DNA of 61,732 nt, the filler included, from Choristocarpus tenellus KU-1152 (taxonomy: Eukaryota; Protista; Phaeophyceae): NCBI GenBank assembly GCA_964200185.2. It is 12 parts of 12 records of this genome, joined end to end, with 100 filler letters (N's around TTAATTAATTAA, not from the genome) between each part and the next. Parts side by side here need not be neighbours in the genome. Positions count along the whole stretch, not along the records: positions 1 to 9,383 come from CAXNAD020003727.1; positions 9,484 to 12,478 come from CAXNAD020023057.1; 10 more parts are not named here. One strand, written 5' to 3'. This document shows positions 1 through 12,290 of this stretch, piece by piece; the stretch's first letter is position 1; each line of letters opens with the position of its first letter. Made by a program: the position numbers and the translations under genes. Below the pieces are notes generated by a model. That model saw only the letters and a program-made list of their open reading frames with translations, ran no database searches and was not told where the DNA came from.

Positions 1-1645
1 GGGCAAGCAGCTTCACTGCTTCATTTGTCTTGCTTCTGTGGGTTGATGGGGGTAATCAGGGAGCCTGCAGGGGGAGGGGGGGCAGTGGTGCCCTCAGAGA
101 CACTCACTGCCGTGTTTGTGTTGTTGTTTGAGTATTGGCAGGAGGGGGTACACCTTTTTGGCGTGTGTAGGTTTTGTGCAACTACTTGTACAGTTATACA
201 CTCAAGGGAAGAAATAGAGTACCATTTTCAGTAACCTGATTCTTATTGACAGTTACACACACACACACACACACATACATATATACTTTTTTATTCACAA
301 GGAGATGGTGTGAGGAAGTCTTGACTTTTGGTGAGAATTGACAAGCTTGTCAAAGCAATCATACCTCGTACCACTTGAGCCCCTGTTTGCCAGCATAATG
401 TGCTGCTGCTCCCAACAGTGTCTTGTCTTGTCAATTATGACTTCAAAGGATGTACGAATGGTACCAGTACTTTCTGCAGGTTCATACTTCAAAGTACTTG
501 CGCTCTGAACTGTGCAGTCCGGGTGCACTATTAGGTCAATAGTGCACTTCATCACTTTGCCTCAATCACTAGAGTGTTGCGGTTGTATGGCACCCTCAAA
601 TAAGCATCACATTCTCACTGTTTCCTACTCCAACCTGACGACCTGGTCAACAATCTCATCGCCTTCACACCATTCACTCTTAATGATCTTTGGGGGCATA
701 GATAATATTGGCTTCATAAAAAGACAAAAAGATACCTCAAAGGTCAACTTCTGCATGTAGTAGTCCATCCAAAAGGACTTTTTACAGGAGACAAAGAAGT
801 CTCCTCGTGGAAGACAATCCGGGCATAACCTTGCAGTGACTACAATCCACCAAGGACGGCTTCAGCACAGAGTCAAAACTAATAATCACCTTGACTCATC
901 AGTGCTGGCGCTTCCTGCCAAGTCCCTGCTGAGCGTGGGTTTTATAGGTGTGATGTGAATCATTGTGTGCCGGGGATTCTCGGTCCTGGTGATCACATTT
1001 GTGATATTGGGAAATAATGGCCATAACCAATAACATGTAGTTTACGGGGCAGTCAGCAGCATTCCTTTGGTACCACAGATGCCTTATAGAAGTTGAACCT
1101 CTCCAGTTGTGTAGGTGTTCCTTCTCTTGGGAAAAGTACATTAAGAAAAAGTACAGAAGTTGGTTGCTTGTTGTCTATCCACTACATATCCACCACGTGA
1201 AAAAGAGGAGAACAAAAAAAAAGGAAGCTCCAATCGCTTGAGAGGAAGGAAGGAAAGGGGTACAGGCGCCTTGGTCTTGGCAAGGTGAAAGTTTGTTAGT
1301 GAGAATTATGGCGTTAGTGCATGTTGCAGTACCTTCCTTTGGTGGTATGTAGGCATGTTAATTTATCCTTGCAGGTTGCCTCTCAAGCAAGGGAGATCTC
1401 CAGGCTGCAGTTGTGATGCAGAGGGAGGACGGATTTCCACACCTTGGAGGGCCGCCCCTCTCGTTCTCATTTGTTTGCATTACATTCGATTTTTGATGTT
1501 AAGTACACATTTGGTACACAGTAGGTGTAGAAAGTTAGGGGTGAAGATGAGGGCTTTTGAACGATAAGGTATACTCCATTTTCTTCATCCTCCGTAAATT
1601 CAATAGATTCATTGTGATATGGAAGTTTTGGATGACAAGCATTAT

Positions 1646-1903
1646 GAGTCAAAGTATCTTAGAGGGTAGTGCCATGTCCATCTGGGGGTCAAATCCAATG
1701 TTGCAATTTTGATGTAATTTTGGCTATCACGTTTGTTTGGAGATGTCAATATCCGTGTTCTGGACACTCCTTTTCATAACGTAAGCATTTTTACCAACTC
1801 CGAAACATTTTGGAGTAGGTAAAGTGTCATTGAAATCCGTGGGAAACCAAGCCCTAAATGGACAAACAGGGAAAAACTCGTACCCTCTAAGATACTTTCA
1901 CTC
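1646..1903. mobile_element. MITE family A (Sola-like), complete copy
   Basis: 23-bp TIRs GAGTCAAAGTATCTTAGAGGGTA (1646-1668) and TACCCTCTAAGATACTTTCACTC (1881-1903) with 1 mismatch; flanked by 4-bp TSD TTAT; homologous copy at 36425-36676. Confidence 0.9.
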
Positions 1904-2937
1904 TTATCCAACCAGCACCCATGAAAGGATGATCATACAACGTGCATAATGGTGAGTATGTGAAGCCCTTGTTTCGCAACCGTTTGTCCTCTGTGATCTC
2001 GTTTGACTCAACTACCTCGATTTGCCGTCCTTGTCATCTGCAATATGTGGCATGTAACGGTCGTGTAACTGCTCTGAACCTCTTTCAAGGTGTTTGAGAC
2101 ATCTGCTGATCGAGGGACAAAAGCGCCAGGAGTCACTGAGAGGCTAAGCATTGCCAAGACCTTGAAGGTGTGCTGCATGGCGGTCCTCTTTGTGTTGTTG
2201 GGGATTGGGGTTAGGGTTAGGGTTCTTTGTTGATATTCTTGCTGGAAATAGTTGCAGTTTCCTCTTGATGAGTAGTTCCAATTCTGAGGTGATACGGGGC
2301 ACAGGCATATGGAGAACAGGTGCTCCATCTTATGACTGTTATCATTACTGAGTATTTTTTGTGCTTCGTAAATGTTGATATCCTGGGCATGAGTCAACTG
2401 CCCACATGTTCTGCACCCTCTGCATGTAGTGGAGAAAAAGTAGAAAAACAGAGGAGGATCAAGATATGAAGGGATAAGGTATATTGCCGCACATTGCCAT
2501 GGATGGATTTACTGTTACTTGTTTTAAGTTAACAAGGACCTATCTAGCGTGTTGGTGCCCCAAAAAACTGGGTTATCGCCCCTCTAAAGTTTACCTTAGA
2601 ACTTTGGCGCTCTTTACAGAGTGTTCCCAGAACAGTCTTGAAATATTTCTCTGTGAAAGTGTGGCTGTACAGAGGCGGCAGTGTGTTGAGAGGATGGGAT
2701 AGGGAGTAGGATACATTCTGTTACATGTTGAAGTACTCCATCTCTTCCGTTTTGATGTCGCAACCAAGTGTGTGAGTTGTTTTTCAAACCCTCTGGTGGC
2801 GGTGGTTGGTTTATCAGTGTTGGCATTGCCATTACTTTTTCTAGTTGCCACGGCTGATCTATATTCTGCCGTCTTGAAGGTCTAATTGTTATAACACTCT
2901 TCTCTCTGTTTGCCTAAAATGTCAAATATCGTTACAG

Positions 2938-3069
2938 GTTGTGGTGAAGGAGCAAGGATTGAGGGGATTATTCAAAGGACTCAGCATGAACTGGGTCAAG
3001 GGACCTGTGGGTATCAGCATCAGCTTCACCACCTTTGATTTCCTCAAGTGGAAACTGAAGATAACGTAG
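2938..3069 (+). CDS. SLC25A42: Terminal exon of mitochondrial carrier, CoA transporter SLC25A42/Leu5-like
   Basis: After acceptor ttacag it reads VVVKEQGLRGLFKGLSMNWVKGPVGISISFTTFDFLKWKLKIT*, matching the SLC25A42 C-terminal signature RGLYKGLSMNWVKGP..GISFTTFD. Upstream exons were not found in the contig. Confidence 0.88.
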   Translation, partial: VVVKEQGLRGLFKGLSMNWVKGPVGISISFTTFDFLKWKLKIT

Positions 3070-5354
3070 CCACCCTTTCCTTTAGCGCCTGGTGCAGCCT
3101 AAATAAGGTTGCATTGGATGGCATGTTAAAAGGCGTTTTGAAGGATACAAGTATCACCCACTGTATGTGTGGGGGATGTCATGGTTGAGGTGGAAAGGAA
3201 ATGCGATAAATTGTTGAAAAATGAGACACGGCTAGAGTCTAGAATCTGTTTTTCTCAGTTGCCTTGTGAATCCTTGATATTATTCGAGTTGCCCAGTATT
3301 AGATGCCGAAGTGATGTATGTCTAAGCACAGTGGGTGTCAATTCCTAGTGGCTGAACGTTTCCTTTGCAATTATACCACATTATTGTTTAGAAGACTTTT
3401 GTATGACAGATAGTGGTGTTCAAAAGGAAAGATCCTGGTTTTTGTAGAGAGAAAAAAAATCTCACCCAGCCTATATTGGAGTTAAGTGGACCAGGCAGGG
3501 ATGCACTCTTTTTGTGACGAGCGATTTTCTAGTCACATGGGCACAGGAGAACTTAGTATTGTATTGCAATTTACAGATTTTTGGTTCTTGCTGCATCCTG
3601 GACTGTTCTTGGTCCAAAGCCTGGGCACGTACGTGGCTTGATCAATGGTGACTTTGTGCATCTAGTCTACATTTACTATCAGGCCCAATACACTATTGCT
3701 GGAGAAGACCTGGTCTCAACAGCTGTGCTGGGAAAAGGGTGCGTGCTTAGGGGCCGAGGGCAGATGGGCAGGAGTAAGAGTGACATGTTACTCATGCTGC
3801 AGAAGGTCTTCAGACACTGATTTTATGTTCTATATGAGAGTGACCTTGAAAGCACCCAGCTTCCGCTTCTCATGTTATTGTGTGTGTTGTTTAGTTACAT
3901 TACTTTGTTGGGGTTGTACACAACCAAGAGGGAGGTGGTGTGTGGATGAGCTTCTGAATGTGTCACAACAGCATGGTCGGGCAAGCACACTACATACGAT
4001 GGTAGTGCAGGAGTATACACACACTTGCTGTTAAAAGGAAGAGAAAGAGGGCTTAGTTGGGGTGCCGAAATGTGTTCTTGAGTGTAATGTTGCGTTGTGT
4101 TTGTTTTTGTGTGTGTGTTTGTTTATATTGATACTTGGGCTCATATTTTTTAGTGTGGAATGGTTTTGTTTCTACAGAGGAACTCTTGACGACCCAGATT
4201 CAGTCCAATAACTCTTTTGACCTTGGTTACATACAAGTGTAGCATTTGACACAGAGTGAAGAGGGCGATTTTGCACTTGCTGTGGTCCGCTGAGAACCCT
4301 CAAAGTGCGTCAAGGTGAACATTTCGCCTATAACAACACGATCCATACAGGCAACAGAGGGTTGGAAAGGAAACAAATTGGTCAGACTCAGGTCACGATT
4401 TATTATTCGAAGACCTCACATGCTATCATTCATCTTCCTGGCGTTGACACAGCCTTTGTGGTACCTCTGTTTCCTCAATACAAGCAGGACCTGCCTGATT
4501 CCTCCATAGATGATCTGGAGAGTTGTTGAAAATGTACCTCAAATCTCTTCTAACGAAGGTGATCAAGACAGAGCGAGAGCTTAGTCCAACAGGGAGAATG
4601 GATACCTACTTAGACCTTTGGAGCAAGTCCAATTACTCACCCCCCTGAGCATGCAATGTGTTGAATATTTCAGCATTCACTTGGTCCTATCAGTGAATGC
4701 ACAAACAATTTTGATTTTTGGAGGAACAAATCTTCCTTCACGATGGAACACTCAATGATACGCACACAATACAAAGATGACATGACTAGTGGGTCTCATT
4801 TACTTGGTGTGGTAAAACATCATGAGAAACCTGGATGTATTTTGAAATAACGTTTTGTCCCAGCCAACAACAATCCATTCAAGACAAAAGTCTTAATACA
4901 CTCTCGCTCCAACTATTCAGCACGCTTCTTTTTCCCTGTCCGTGGAATAAAATCGCTTGACCTACTTTGTAAAGGCGATTAGTGGGTCAATAGATGCAGT
5001 GTAACAAGTCGGAAACAGAAAAAAACAAAAAATACCAAGGCAAAATCTATCACTGAATGCAGGGTCCGGCTTACTGGGGAGTGGAGCGACCCAGCGCCTT
5101 CTCTGCAAATAAACATGCTATTGCATGCGAGCCTAGTGGCCTGGACACTGGGGAAAGCTACACTCACCCATGACACAAAAGGCACTAAAAATCTCAAAAA
5201 ACCTTTTCGTTTGGCGATCTAGACTTTACACCACCAGGACAGTGGCCGAACAGATCACATGGGTAGGAGATTAAGGTTTATATTGTCTATGCCGCTCTGG
5301 GAGTAAGTAGTACTCTACAATTATTGGTTATACCTCAGCTATTTTTTCTTCAAA

Positions 5355-5448
5355 TTACTCAATGAACATTGCCCCCTGTCCTTCTGGAAACAGGGCTACA
5401 TAATGATTGCCTCGGTCCGTTTGAGTCCCAGGGTCCGAGCTTGGGAAC
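5355..5448 (-). CDS. OTU deubiquitinase, terminal exon (catalytic His region)
   Basis: Strong acceptor (ttgac branch, polypyrimidine tract, gcag), phase 2; reads (M)FPSSDPGTQTDRGNHYVALFPEGQGAMFIE*, with the OTU GNHY motif. Confidence 0.85.
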
Positions 5449-6069
5449 CTGCACAAGCAAAACGGGCACAGACAAGAGGAGTCAATGGATTGCACTTGTT
5501 TAGTAATAATAACTAAGCACACATTTGAGGAGGAAGGTGTTTCCTTTCTGACTGTAAGCATGGCAGTCCTCAGGGATGAAACAGAGGCAGTGAAGGTGAC
5601 TGCAACTGAGGCTGACTGACAAGCCAAAAGAAGAGACCACATAATATGAACCTCTGGTGAAGAATTGACTACTCGCAATCTTCTCACTCCATAGCTATCT
5701 CCTATCCGCTACTTGCCGAGTCCTGTAGGGTCAATGAATCAACACCCGTCCAAAGGGAGACCACCTATAGCAGCAACAAGCAACATTTGACACTGGGAAT
5801 ACTACCTGTGCTCTTTTTTTATTATTTAATGAAAGTCTCGTCAATTAAATAAAACACAGCACCATCACAAGAGATAACGACAAGTCCCACCTGACAACCC
5901 TCTCAACACCCACAAGCAGAACTGAAATAAACTATTCCATTCACACTGAACTGTTACATAAAACATGAGCAAATAGCGTTGATCGTGATCATGTATGGTG
6001 ACTTAACCACAATCTAGGAGTCATTCAATGCAGCACAAACATCCAACAAACAATTCCCAGTCCACGTAC

Positions 6070-6156
6070 ATGGCATAGGTGGAAAGCAGGTGAAGAGGGG
6101 TGTTCTTCGAGTCGTAAAGCGGTGATCCAAAGCATGCCATGCGTTTCACACCCCAC
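6070..6156 (-). CDS. OTU deubiquitinase, internal exon
   Basis: cacag acceptor, gtacgt donor, phases 2/2 fit both neighbours; reads WGVKRMACFGSPLYDSKNTPLHLLSTYA. Confidence 0.85.
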
Positions 6157-7898
6157 CTGTGCACACACCACAGGTAAACAAGGGTCGGGGAGGGGGAGAT
6201 CAAGGCGATGAGTGTGTGGAGAGATTGCTTCACTTCTTCACCTTGCACATCAAAATGTAAAAATACTACTCAGACTGCAGATCCTGACAATATACTATAG
6301 TTGCCGAATAAACTGAACACACAGGCTCCAGAACTGTACCTATGTTACTGAGGGTTCAGTTATCCTGTGTACATGTCATGGCATAGCTAAGACCCCACAT
6401 TACACTGCGTGAGCAGCACTTGACCCTGAAATTGGCCTGTCCATGCCACTGTGTTGTGCTTAGTAGAATACTACCATGAACAAGATGGTTTTAGGCATTG
6501 CTAGAAGTGACACTATCTGGATACCTGCACCAACTGGGGTTAGAGACTGCGCTGAAATGGTTGACCAAGACTGCTCCTGTGTGTTCATGCGCATATTTTT
6601 GTGTCTAATCAACTGTACACATATTGCTCCATCGACGTAGTCCAGTAGGCCTCAACACGACTCTTTTGTGATATATCTCCATTATGCATTTGTAACTGTA
6701 CACACAAAGAGCACTCTACTTTGCCAAGATGCTACACCAAAAAGAAAGAAAGAACTACTGCACGGAAGGGTGACAGTCATAAAAGATATGCTGCACTTTA
6801 CCATCAATCGGTCATGCATTTTCCTAAGATCAGTGGTACCCATCATCAAAATTGGGATGACTATTGCCTGGAATTAATGGAAATATTTGTGAATTCAAGG
6901 GAAGCATGGTCTATGATTCGTTAACCTTTGTATCAGGAATGGAGACTGAGTGATATAGCAAGAAAGATGTTACGATAGATACTGAAATGTTAAAAATAAC
7001 GGTAAAATGAAAGGGACAGCGAATGCTTGCAGAAGGCGGCATTTGCACCAACAGGATGGTCCAAATATTGTAATTAGCCAATGACATGCATCTTCCAAAC
7101 AACATCTCCATACCCTTGAATCTGATATTCTGAGGAACAGATCCCATTTGGTCAATTCACCTTGATACTAACACATTTATGACATTTGGTGCGATGGTTC
7201 TTTTTTACCATCACACCTCCAAGACATTTCCTTTTTAACTTACAGTAATACATGTTTTAAAGTATGATATTACCACTGCTAGTCTTGGGCTAAAAACTCT
7301 CCTTTCTGACCATGGCACTCTTGTAACTGCCACAGGCAACCAACCGCCTAAACCAACAAAAACGCATCGTCCTCCTCCACGTCACTTCAATATCATTTTT
7401 CTTTTTTATGTATGTATGTATGTATGTACGTATACATTCCCTCCCCATGCCATACACAACCATCATCATAAGGATCAATATCCTGCAACCTCACCTGTGT
7501 GTTCATTAATATTGTTGTTTGCCTACTATCATATATTATCTTAGTACCACTAGAATAGTGTGCATCATGCACAGAAAGAGTCCACGCTTTTTCTCAGACA
7601 CCTTGAAAGATTACATTCAAATCCACAACAAAGCTCACCCATCCTCCAACCATGAATCATCCATGTAGACACAACAAAACACGTGGAAGTTTATGGTTTT
7701 AAACCTAACCCTAATCTCAACCCCACTTTCTTTTCGAAACAGAGCGAGTCGGTTCTTCCCTTCACCTTCCTGTTTCATACACCCAGAGCCGACCAAGCCC
7801 AACACGCAAATGAAGATCAACATTACCCAAACAAGGTGTACCTCATGCCTCATACCAAAAGACAGATGACAGGTTCAATATGTGCATAAAACGTTCTG

Positions 7899-7955
7899 TA
7901 GGTAACAGATTGGTAACACATAGTTAACACATAGGTAACACATAGGTAACACATA
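7899..7955. repeat. 11-bp minisatellite (GGTAACACATA) x~5, intronic
   Basis: Tandem units read directly from the sequence. Confidence 0.85.
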
Positions 7956-8001
7956 AAGACCATCACGAGACAGCACCACTTGACTTTGAACACATGAGGT
8001 A

Positions 8002-8278
8002 GAGCAGGAGAAATTGAGAGGTAGGCAAGGTTGCACTCTAAGGGTCCCAAGAAATGGAAAAAACAAACAAAAAATACACTATTTTGCACAGTTGCGGAAA
8101 GAGCCTTTGCTGGATTGTGGCATCACTTTGTGTGAGGAAAGGGAGAGTATCAATTTTGCATGCACTATTGTGTAAATCAAGCAATGGAATAGAGGGTATC
8201 GTGCACAGCGTAAGAAAAATGAATTAGAATGCAAAAAAAAAGGGTCCGAACCTGCCTACCCCTCAAGTACTCTGGCTC
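8002..8278 (-). mobile_element. MITE family C copy in an OTU intron
   Basis: Imperfect TIRs GAGC..AATTGAGAGGTAGGCA / CCTGCCTACCCCTCAA..GGCTC; internal sequence is the reverse complement of 60009-60267. Confidence 0.75.
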
Positions 8279-8355
8279 GGAGGGCAAACAAGAGGATAGC
8301 TGCATGGTGTATGGACACAACAAAGGATAGATGAAAAGGCCAATGTCCTTATCAC

Positions 8356-8462
8356 CTGAGTCCTGTTGAAAACAACTCGTAGACGTGAATGGGTCGTTCA
8401 AGTATGTGGGTCAGTGCTACTATCTCTGGTCCCCCTCCTGTCATGTCCTCGGACTGCATGCC
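8356..8462 (-). CDS. OTU deubiquitinase, internal exon (GGxxE..AL..RPIHVY motif)
   Basis: ttccag acceptor, gtgata donor; reads GMQSEDMTGGGPEIVALTHILERPIHVYELFSTGL(R), a typical OTU variable loop and following strand. Confidence 0.88.
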
Positions 8463-9102
8463 CTGGAAGGTTCGTCAAGTCAAGGTTCAGTTGATGGTCA
8501 GAAATTGGTACCAATGAAACGTAAAAGGGCAAGGTACTAGTAACTAGTACATCAGTTCTCTCTTGGATGGAGTACGTTGGGCGACGGAAGGTCCTAGGCA
8601 TGGGGGATAAGAAGGTAGTGAAACACGAGCATCAATGTAAGGATGAAGATCGTTTGAGGAGAAGGATCGATACAGTGGACATTGGCCAATATAAGGACAT
8701 TGTGACGAAAATGTTGGGACATAATGATCATCACATGGAGAAGGACCAAGACAAGACAAGGACTGCTCTAAGTACAAGTACAAAACAAAGCGCACAGAAG
8801 ATGAAAGGAGAGAAGAAAAAGGTACACCCTTTCACCAATGTAGAATGCAGACCTCAATCAGTGTTTACATGCCATGGCACAACAAAGAAGAAGAGACCAA
8901 GACCGAGACCAACAATACATCAACCTGCAAACAGCCGAGGCCAACATTATAGTATCCCTAACACTAGCAAGCAAAAAGGTCACGAGTCCACCATAGACAT
9001 TCAAAGACGCATAGACAAGCACAAAGCATTGCTTGGACACAAAAATGAATCAGAGGACTGAGTTCACAGGGTTCCAACAGTAGTATAGTGTTTGTTACTT
9101 AC

Positions 9103-9237
9103 ATTGAGGTACTCCTCGGTATCTATACCGGTCCTTTGGGCCACGACTCCAACAAGTTCCCTAGCAGCCATGGTTCTGCCCTGAACAAACACCATCTTGT
9201 TTTCGGCAACCGCCTTCGCAAGGAAGTCAACAGCCAG
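9103..9237 (-). CDS. OTU deubiquitinase, internal exon (5' exons with catalytic Cys lie beyond the contig end)
   Basis: ttgcag acceptor, gtaagt donor, 45 codons: LAVDFLAKAVAENKMVFVQGRTMAARELVGVVAQRTGIDTEEYLN; splices in frame to 8356-8462. Confidence 0.82.
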
Positions 9238-9277
9238 CTGCAAACACAAATACACATGCAGAGCACAGGTACACCCG

Positions 9278-9309
<32 letters not shown>

Positions 9310-9383
9310 TCCTTAAAAAAAGGAACAAGGCGTGGGCTAGGGAAAGGATAAGCACCCGTACGCCGCGCGGGAAAGGGACGGGG

Positions 9384-9483
9384 NNNNNNNNNNNNNNNNN
9401 NNNNNNNNNNNNNNNNNNNNNNNNNNNTTAATTAATTAANNNNNNNNNNNNNNNNNNNNNNNNNNNNNNNNNNNNNNNNNNNN
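9384..9483. other. Artificial contig linker
   Basis: N44-TTAATTAATTAA-N44, stops in all six frames. Confidence 0.98.
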
Positions 9484-10164
9484 GACGGAAACGTTGGGAA
9501 AGGGTGGGGGAGGGGAGGTCAAGTTACGGCGGGGTAGATGTCTTCTAGCTCAAAGGCACGGTTTGAAGGGGATCATGAAAGGGTGTTCTTGGATGATTGT
9601 GGAGTGGTGTTGAGTGGTGTGAGAACTGCTGTGGGGTTGAGGGGAGTGGCAACTTGTGTGGGTTGAAAGGATGACATTTGCACTGGTTGGTCATCAAATG
9701 TGGGGATGGCTGGCAATCAGTGACGAAGGGCATTTGCACTGGTTGGTCATCAAATGGGGAATGGAGAATAGGGGAATGGCAAACAAGGAATAAGCTAATA
9801 ATAATAATCCAGAATTCGTGAGCAAAACAAATTAGATAAAATATTCAAGTGAAAATTGGACGTCTACTTTTCTAGTTGAAAAAAAAAACTCGATCTACTT
9901 AAATTCTCTACGCAGGATTTTATTATTATGTCTTGTGACATTTTGGAGATGTGTCAGGGGAAAAACCGATGAAATTCCCTTAAAAAGTCACAGTTGTAAA
10001 ATGTGAAAGACAGTCATCATCCATTCACTATTTTACTACTAGCTATGGTGTACCACTGCCTTCCTTTGCCTCCAACCTAGCTTAGTCCTGCACCCCAGGG
10101 CAAGGAGGTCGGGAGGCATCCCAAGAATCCAACAATCCCCTCCTTGCCCATCTCCCTGGTGTCT

Positions 10165-10630
10165 CCAGCTTAAAATGCATGACACGTCGAGATAGTGCCA
10201 CTTGCGTCGTGACTGAGACTATCTGGTGTAGAGGGGATTTGACCGCCCCTTCTTTCTGCTGTAGCCTCCTGTCCCTCTCCCCTCTACCGTGTGCATAGCT
10301 AGCTCATCCAGAAAACTTTCCACTTGCTTACCGAGGCGCCCAAAACTTTCCACCTCAAAGGTGTCAAGGCTATAACTACGGGGGTCAAAAGATCCCTCGT
10401 AGTGGGTGCGCTTTTGCGCCTCAGCTGCAGCAGCAGCTACACCATTGCTGGTGAATTAGTGAGGTAGGTGGGAGGGTGCTTACACTTCGGCAAACGTAAC
10501 ATCGAGGAGGAGGCCTTTGTCTCGGTAGGGAGCTGATCCGGCATCCGCAAGTGCCCCTTCCATTCTCTACTCAAGATTGTGGAAAGCAGGTTTGTCTGGT
10601 ATGATACCATTATTGCCGTATCCATAAACC
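10165..10630 (-). mobile_element. Decayed non-LTR retrotransposon (RLE/CRE-like) endonuclease fragment
   Basis: Minus frame reads GALADAGSAPYRDKGLLLDVTFAEV*APSH..NGVAAAAAEAQKRTHYEGSFDPRSYSLDTFEVESFGRLGKQVESFLDELA, the D-V-T / K..HY / E.FG pattern of restriction-like endonucleases; has in-frame stops. Confidence 0.8.
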
Positions 10631-11788
10631 GTTACATCGTTGTGCCAATTGAGGCTCCTTGTCAGGAAGCCCTGATTCTGGCGTAGGATCTTCCGCGAGA
10701 GTGAATCCATGGAATTTCTTCAAGATATCAGTTCTCAGATGTGGGACCGCTCTTCATTCGGAGTCAAACATGAAATATTCACTTTGTCCTCACATCTTGA
10801 CATTTCTGATGATTCTCTCTCACAATATCCTCAGTTCGTCAGTACCCACAGTTTTGTGCAAGCAGTCTTGTAGTTGTCCAACTTTAACCTCGCCCTCTTG
10901 GTTACGGTTCGTCTTGGTCCGTCTGGTCTGTCTTGCCCAGTGATTATATTCACCATCCTTGCCTGAGTAAATCACGCCACCACAAAATCACGCAATTCAT
11001 ATTGGCGACACCAGTGAGCTCAGAGATAGGATGATGAGTGAATTTTTGTTTGATTGTTGATCAAACATGTTGAATGCAAGATCAAAAAGAAACTAGTCGT
11101 GAACAGGAACACCTACCTGAATATTTGGAGAAAATTAAGAGAAGTCGAAGAACAGGTTGATGAAAACGAGTCAGTGGAAGTCATGGAATCCTCAACAAAC
11201 AATGATTCTGATTCCTCAAGTCACTCGTCCACGTTGTCTAACAATGCAAGAAATGCCAATCTCAGACGAAATTCCCCTCATATTCCCCAACAGATTGTTG
11301 TGGTCGTCCAGGAACCGTGTCGTCAACCCTTGAGCATCGTGTCAGCTCTGGTGACTGTGACACTACTCATCGTGTCTGAGTAGAGGCTTGGCACCCTGTG
11401 AGGAAGGGTTTCTGAGGATGTTTTAACTCTGAATATATATGACATCCAGGTGTGTATCAGGTACACTTAACGCAGAGTGAGCTTGATGTTGTAGGTGGGG
11501 GCAATGCAAACCAGAGAAAAAATAATGATCAACATACGAGATATAACTTGTAACTATGACATAAAAAAAGGAAAAAAGGAACAAACTTGAATCAATATCT
11601 GTGACAACTCACATGGTACATACTATGCTTGTACATGTTTATTAGGTGACTACTGCTCTATGCTTCCTATTATGTACTATGATGTTCTAATAGTGATTGA
11701 TGATGCTATGATGGGGCGCCAATCATGTAAATGGGAGTAACGACCAGTACCAATGTGCAAATCGACAGTCAGTATGAACTGGCAATAC

Positions 11789-12253
11789 TGTTACAACACA
11801 CTCCAGAACTGACCTCCACAGGATGTGTAACTCTAATCCAACGACCTTAAAACGATGCTACGGAAGTATTTCCAAGGATGGTGACTACGGATGGTGTCAG
11901 TCGATACTTCACTCAGTCGATGCTTCGTTTTTCGCTTTATCAAAGAGTAAGGATCGTAAGAACTGAGTAGTGTGGTCAACAAGTCAGCCTTTTATTAACA
12001 TCATTCACTGTTTATCTACAGCCAAAGAGTTAAATGCCATCTGCAAAACTGCTCTATAAATACTCCAATCATAAATATTTATTCTGCAACTTCCAGTAAT
12101 TGACGTATATTCTGTAAGGTTACATATGCATTTCGAATCATACTCTGCATCTTCTATCAATTCAGAGTTCCTGTCGTAGGAATTCTTACGTATGTATACT
12201 GTTCGCACTTGTTGGCACGTGGAAAGAAAAGCTCGCGCTATTCGCTTGTAACA
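11789..12253. mobile_element. Solo LTR
   Basis: TGTTACAA...TTGTAACA termini, 4-bp TSD ATAC, 465 bp; homologous to 37851-38335. Confidence 0.85.
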
Positions 12254-12290
12254 ATACTGTATTGTATCAATGACACAAAACATAAGTAGG

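Noticed and set aside
4250-4900. Possible hAT/Harbinger transposase remnant (FDFWRNK)
   Set aside because: No catalytic motif or TIR could be established by eye.
6668-7150. Possible MULE transposase remnant in an OTU intron
   Set aside because: Resemblance needs assumed frameshifts and is too weak.
8567-9061. 164-aa + strand ORF
   Set aside because: Antisense to a pyrimidine-rich OTU intron; compositional artefact.
9428-9439. TTAATTAATTAA recurring 11 times as a biological repeat or CRISPR-like array
   Set aside because: Always centred in exactly 88 Ns; it is an assembly linker.
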